Assembly: GCF_947568905.1 (NCBI RefSeq)
Contig: NC_079170.1
Location: forward strand, 74,400,001 to 74,464,000
Direction of reading: 5' to 3'
DNA length: 64,000 nt
Source of the DNA: Ostrea edulis
Taxonomy: Eukaryota
The translations under genes were made by a program, and so were the position numbers. Positions 58,801 to 64,000 of the stretch are shown in pieces; position 1 is the first letter of the stretch, and each line of letters opens with the position of its first letter. The notes under the pieces were generated by a model, which saw only the letters and a list, made by a program, of their open reading frames with translations, had not been told where the DNA came from and did not search any database.

Positions 58801-61800
58801 CACTTGGAATAAGTGTCTGAATTCAGCCAATTTCAGACATTCAAACTTACGATATTTTATAACTTACACACAGGATTCTGTGTACAGTCTTGCAAGAACG
58901 AAAATGGGTTCAGATTAATCACTTCAAACCATATTGAAGGTGTACAAATGTCATAAATGCTTAGAACAGTTGCCATTAAATCGGACTGCATTCCAGTAAC
59001 GAGACAGACGTCAAATCCTTACAATGTATGGGTGCTGGTGCACCCGTCAGGGCAAATTGTGTCTGGAGGTTGTATCTGTTGCGCAAGTTTTTGTGTTGTT
59101 TCAAATCTTGTCATATATTAGAAATAGATTATATTACTGCTAAGCAAAATTATATGGTAAAAGTATCACACCATGTCAGATATCATTCCCATTGTGGTAT
59201 CATGTCATTCAATAATCAACATATATTTGATTTTTCATGTTTTTGTATATCATAATTTCTCAATTCCCAACAGCTGTTTAGTTCCTTTCGTTTTTGTAGT
59301 AACTGTTGTTGATCATTTTGCAAATTGTCTTGATATTTCAAAGCTAGCATTTTTGTACTCTGATCGGTGGCTATGTTTTATTATCATCATGAACATTTGA
59401 ACATCACCACTGTCATTTTTATGTTACGAATTGATCATGGATTGGTAATAATATCCAAGCAACTGATATTAAAGTATTCCAAGAGGGTAAATGTAATCAA
59501 TCTAAGAAATATTCAAAACAAATTAAAAGATAGATAATAAACTTTATTTGAATTTACAGTAGCACTAATTTGCATTTGAAACTTAAAACACGTTCAATTT
59601 TCCAGTGCATAACGGTTCATTAGAACATAAATGACAACATTCTATCATTTTTAAAATTATAATACACTTTATAAAAAATGCTCCCACATTTTCATGAATA
59701 TTCTCTAATCGTTTGTAGCGATCTAGAATCTATTGTTGCGATAATGGAAAGTGCAAATATTCAATGACACTCACGCCTCCGTCACTGGATGTACACGCGA
59801 CTCTCTGGACAAACAACATCAGGGTTCTAGGATTTTGACTTCAAATCCAGGAGCTCTGTCATTTGTTCCATTCTTATATCTGTCTGTACCTCCATTTCTG
59901 TTTTCTTGATGTTTCGAGGTGACGAGAAACCAATATAACTGCGATTAGTGGAATAATTATCATCACTAAAACAAAGTTTCCGATATCTGGAAAAAGAATA
60001 ATGAAAATAAATTTTGTGGCTGTACTGAATATTTTTAAACAGAATACCAGTGGTTTAATGTGCAACCAATTTGTCTCTACTTCACTTGAAAAAAGAGAGG
60101 GGGGGGGGGGTTCTGATTTAAAAAAAACCCTTTTATACCAAACGAAACATTACTGAAGCATATAGGTTAAATGAAGCTTTAGATGAAAGCAGTTGTATTA
60201 CACTCCATTAGGATGCTACCCAAATATAGTATCTAATGAGTCTTATTTCCTCGCATATAAAATTGAGACCCCCCCCTCCTAGCACCACCAACACTGTTTT
60301 TCGCAGTGTTCCACTATGTCCAATGCAATTTTTTTATAATTTGTTGAACAAACTTTATAAACATGTTCAGAATGTATATATATATATACATGTATGAGAA
60401 TGAATAGTGAACATTCATTGAATTAATTTGTAAAATATAAATTACAAACCAGTTCATGCTTCTGTGAGATGGATGGCTCGACGTCCCGCTTGTCGAAAGA
60501 ACTCGTACTTTTCAACTTCAAAGGCTGTTTATAATTGTTGTTGGCAAACAGTCAGGTAGGGATTTTTCTTTGTAGGCGTTCAATCTACGAAGTGTTTGGA
60601 GTACAGTCTATAACTAGTACAAGTCCATGATGTTTCGAAGGGTCGTAATCAATTTGTCTCATCAACTTTAATCACGCTTTTCGGATCTTTTGTCTGTGCC
60701 AGAAAGGGGTAGAATGTAATGTTTTTCGTATAACCATACTTTTCCATCTTTCAAGAGTCCTCACCCTGAGCAGTAGTATCTTGCTTTTGATCCCTTCGTT
60801 TCTTCCCAACAGATGCTATTTTACCGGAAGTATCGAAGCCTAACCAAATTTTGAAATCACGTGATCACGTTATATAAAATCTAGAATAAACACGCGTTCC
60901 GGCACTAACTCGAAAATGGGCTATTCAAACATTTGGTCTCAAACCCCATTTTTTATACATCCATTTTCAATTTTAAGACAAGACCTTGAAAACTATGTAA
61001 AATTTTAGAAATTGACATTACTCCTAATATATGTTTTAAACTCGCAGATTTGATATAATTTTGTTCGTATATCAAGTGCAAAAAGGTAGTTTTTCATTTC
61101 CATTACTTGTATTAAACTTTTTTTTATCTGTATTGTTAGAAGACATGATTATGTATCTATTTTATGTAATGATTGATTTTTGTTGCTTATATTGTATTGA
61201 TACCACCAAGTAAATCAAGTTAAATTGAATAAATTTTAAGTGCAAAGAGGCAATGTTTAGAACATTGTAGCTCAATAACAAGCATTGCGACCTCCCGTTT
61301 TTCTTTCCAATTTCCTAATTTTCGTTCAACATGAAATTTAAGATACATTTACCAAAAAATGACATTACACCAAATGTGAGGTGCGAACCTCTTTAAAGTC
61401 AGCATTTTGCATATTCCCTGGTCGTTATATAACGATCTAGTTTGCCAATACAACGTGTCATTGGGTCAAATGATCTCTGATGTGTTTTATACCGATTGTT
61501 AAGCCCTCCTTGGTACATTAATTTTGACTACGGACTATTCCGTTTACCTGATCAAGATATAGGGCTCACGACGGGTGTGACAGATTGACAGATGATGTCT
61601 ACTCCAACTAGGTAACTGATCCCACCTCTGGTATATTCAAAGTTCCGTGTTTGTCCAACTTCCTATTTTGTGTTCCTTCTGAGGGTTCTGAAATTGACCA
61701 CCGTTTGTTTTCTTCACCTTTGAATTTCAATGAATGTAAATCACTTACACACAGAAGATATTGACGTCTGCAAGGCATAGAGGCATTAGCAAGTGCATTA

Positions 61801-64000
61801 TGTTTGGTAAATTTTATTCTCTCTTACTTAAGATATAACTCAATATAAATTACTCACTAATATTCTACATAAACTTTTTTTTTCATATTGTTAGATATGT
61901 ACATGTATGTCATTTACACATTTAAATGAATACTTACTTCTCGCTAGCGCTTACATGAGGATATACAAGTATTTGCTGGGTGAAAGGCAAATATAACGAA
62001 AAGTGTTCAATCTCATACAACCAATACAAATAGCGAGTTTGGCAAATACGAACCTCTTCATATACCAGAGGTGGAGTTAGGTGAGTAGGAGTAAGTATCC
62101 CCGGTCGACCGTCACACCTGCTGTGTGCGCTCTATCTTGATCAAGTAAAATGAGGCATCCGCAGCCAAAATGAGTGTTCCAAGAACAGCCTAACAATCGC
62201 TATGAAACAAGTCAGTCAGCATTTGTCCAAGTGATAGGTTGTATTGGCAAACTAGTTTGTTATAACGGTCATAGAATTTGTGAAATCCTGCGTTGATTTA
62301 AAAACTGATCGTACGCAGAACAAGCTCTTGCGTATCGCATGAGTTGAGAGTTATAAACATCATATGCAATTCATAATTGAATATTGCTACATAAATATGG
62401 GAAGTTGACGATGGAGAAGCTGAAATCATCCCGTTTATCATAAAGTTAAGTGGCTAGTTCGCCTTTAATATCTATTCTCAATGAAATATCTAAGTATATC
62501 GAATAGACATTAATATATTGGAGCATAACAATTCATTTATCCAGGCATCAATGGTACGAGTCCAAGGGATATGAATTCATTTTACTGCACCAAAGATCCT
62601 ATTACTGTTATTGAGGAAGGTAATTGGCCAAGTGGGAACTATTGTATTCTGAAGCGTGGGAGAACATGCCCTGATGGAGGTAATTAAACATGTCATATTC
62701 CTTACTATTGAAAAACACATTGCACCTCGTAGATAAAGATCCAATATTGTCTGTACACTGAGGAATTCTTATTTCTTTTCATTGATACGGGTAAATGTTT
62801 CCCGCTCATATCTTATCAAATGCATAAAACTGGATTTTTAAAATCATATTTAAATAGTACTTCTTGATACATAATGTAATAGTGATATGAATATGAGTGA
62901 TAAATGTACACAGCATCTGGTCTTTAATTCAAGCTTTCAAGAATGGATATGTTTTTTGGGATGACGAGGATTCGGCAAATAGAAACAGTGCAGGGGGAGA
63001 ATTACCGAGTGGAAGATTTGGCACGAATACAAGAATTGACTACTGCTGCAGGTACATCCTAAAGCTAGGCAAAATGAAAAAAAGGATCTTATCAAAGTGC
63101 ATAATTTTATTTATCAATCAATCATGTGAGGCAAATTGTGTTAAAGTTCACATAAATACTGTAGATTTCTAAATACATATATACGCGAGGGATTTATCAT
63201 CACCAGCGAAATACATTATTCGCTTTGATTTTTCTGCTGTTAAACTCTTGATTAACACAATACAGGCGATTTCATGTTGACGCGATTTGACGTATACGAG
63301 TCATTTCGCAATATTAATTACTCGCTTGAAATAGGACATTTACAGTAGAGTATTTCGACGGTCAGAATCTTGAATTGCCATAATATATACCTCCAATACA
63401 TAGGATCATCGATACTTTGTTCAGGTTAATCATCCCATGGAGGCTTTGATTTGAAAAGATCCTCAGTACCCTTGCTTATTGCGAATGGCGACTAGATGGG
63501 ACGGTCCTTCGAATGACATCGCAAAAACTGAGGCCCTGTGTCACAGCAGGTGTGGCACGATAAAGATCCAACCCTGCTCAAAGGTCATAAGCGTCGGACA
63601 TAGTACTAAATTTTACAGTCCTTCACTGTCAGTGGTGACCTCTCCATATGACTGAAATATTCTCGAGAGTCCCTCTCATATTCAATATTCAATCAATCAA
63701 TCAATCAATCTATTTGTACATTTCTATAGTATTGCATTATATAAGCCTTTATAAAAAGCAGACGTTCACAGAGCAGCAGAGTATTAAACATTTTAATCGT
63801 GAGCAACCTAATCTGTATTTTAGAAGTGACGGTTCCTATTCAACAGCAATTCCCCTTCCAACATTTACGCCATTTTATCTGTTGAGATACACCAGCTTCT
63901 GCCAACAGGTCAAGGGAATGCACGTGAGAGAAGAAATCGTTTATACAGATGATGAGGACGACAACAATAGCAATAATGTACATGGAAGTCATCTACACGG
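55844..64000 (+). CDS. ApeC domain secreted protein, paralogue C, 3'-incomplete; coding exons 55844-55907, 57012-57149, 62545-62679, 62934-63051, 63824->64000
   Basis: Same exon sizes and phases as A and B. Signal peptide MGGSTFRDAIFLLSFASVISA; 7 Cys and all three DxED motifs visible; open frame to the window end (…TDDEDDNNSNNVHGSHLH). Confidence 0.88.
56383..56592 (-). mobile_element. Naiad-type 3'UTR in gene C intron 1
   Basis: Reverse complement match to the family UTR. Confidence 0.8.
57684..61392 (-). mobile_element. Kolobok-like DNA transposon, 3.7 kb, in gene C intron 2
   Basis: TTAA on both sides (57680-57683, 61393-61396) and AG...CT termini. Diverged ~400-450-bp inverted repeats (57684-~58090 vs ~60955-61392). 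THAP-like remnant on - strand ~60540-60720 (KIRKA*LKLMR...RLYSKHFVD*TPTKKNPY). It splits a + strand Naiad copy (57573-57683 and 61393-61722). Confidence 0.62.
58585..58752. mobile_element. Small MITE nested in the Kolobok-like element
   Basis: CAGTGGGGGATTTAG ... CTAAATCCGTCACT inverted ends with subterminal G/C runs. Confidence 0.55.
61981..62500 (-). mobile_element. Naiad-type RT end plus 3'UTR in gene C intron 2
   Basis: Decayed reverse complement of 40860-41449. Confidence 0.78.
63430..63710 (+). mobile_element. SINE body (Meta-domain-like) in gene C intron 4
   Basis: GTACCCTTGCTTATTGCGAATGGCGACTA...GGGACGGTCCTT...GTGTCACAGCAGGTGTGGCACGATAAAGATCC...TTCTCGAG followed by an (AATC)n tail; same intron and orientation as in gene B. 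Confidence 0.7.

Noticed and set aside
2045-62440. Recurring ORF-track peptides such as MLTPPRHLIPPLVCPGVRVCP and MKITNSDQSHNSYKQYK as a protein family
   Set aside because: They are chance translations of the Naiad 3'UTR on either strand.
23839-64000. ApeC copies as uncollapsed haplotypes of one gene
   Set aside because: About 25% amino-acid divergence and different intron contents are far beyond allelic variation.

Overview
AT-rich eukaryotic genomic DNA, very likely a bivalve and probably an ostreid oyster (inferred from the repeat families and the genes). The only host genes I can support are three tandem, same-strand (+) paralogues. Each encodes a secreted stand-alone ApeC (apextrin C-terminal) domain protein with five coding exons, a 21-aa signal peptide, 8 Cys and three DxED motifs. 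Gene A is CDS 23839-29550 (229 aa), gene B is 36359-40155 (230 aa), and gene C runs from 55844 off the window end. By hand tally roughly 40-45% of the window is repeats: more than 20 3' fragments of a Penelope-like retroelement whose ORF ends with the RT (Naiad-type architecture), ~350-bp tandem hammerhead-ribozyme repeats (retrozyme/pLTR type), a TA-microsatellite-associated hammerhead foldback, tRNA-derived and other SINEs, and LINE and GIY-YIG remnants. There is also a Helentron-type HINE, TIR elements resembling MULE, CMC/EnSpm, hAT, Tc1/mariner, Merlin, AcademH and Kolobok, and two minisatellites with higher-order duplications. The most striking observations are: (i) an apparently intact hammerhead pair in the sense strand of ApeC gene A intron 1; (ii) retrozyme copies ending a fixed 36 nt past the predicted cleavage site; (iii) strong charge divergence and mosaic ancestry among the ApeC paralogues; (iv) an 840-bp AcademH-like deletion derivative with a perfect 10-bp TSD; (v) a tRNA-headed element sharing its terminus with a hammerhead-bearing Penelope-like repeat. 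All family assignments come from reading the sequence by eye; no database search was run. Two 129-nt N gaps (7108-7236, 54032-54160) limit interpretation nearby.
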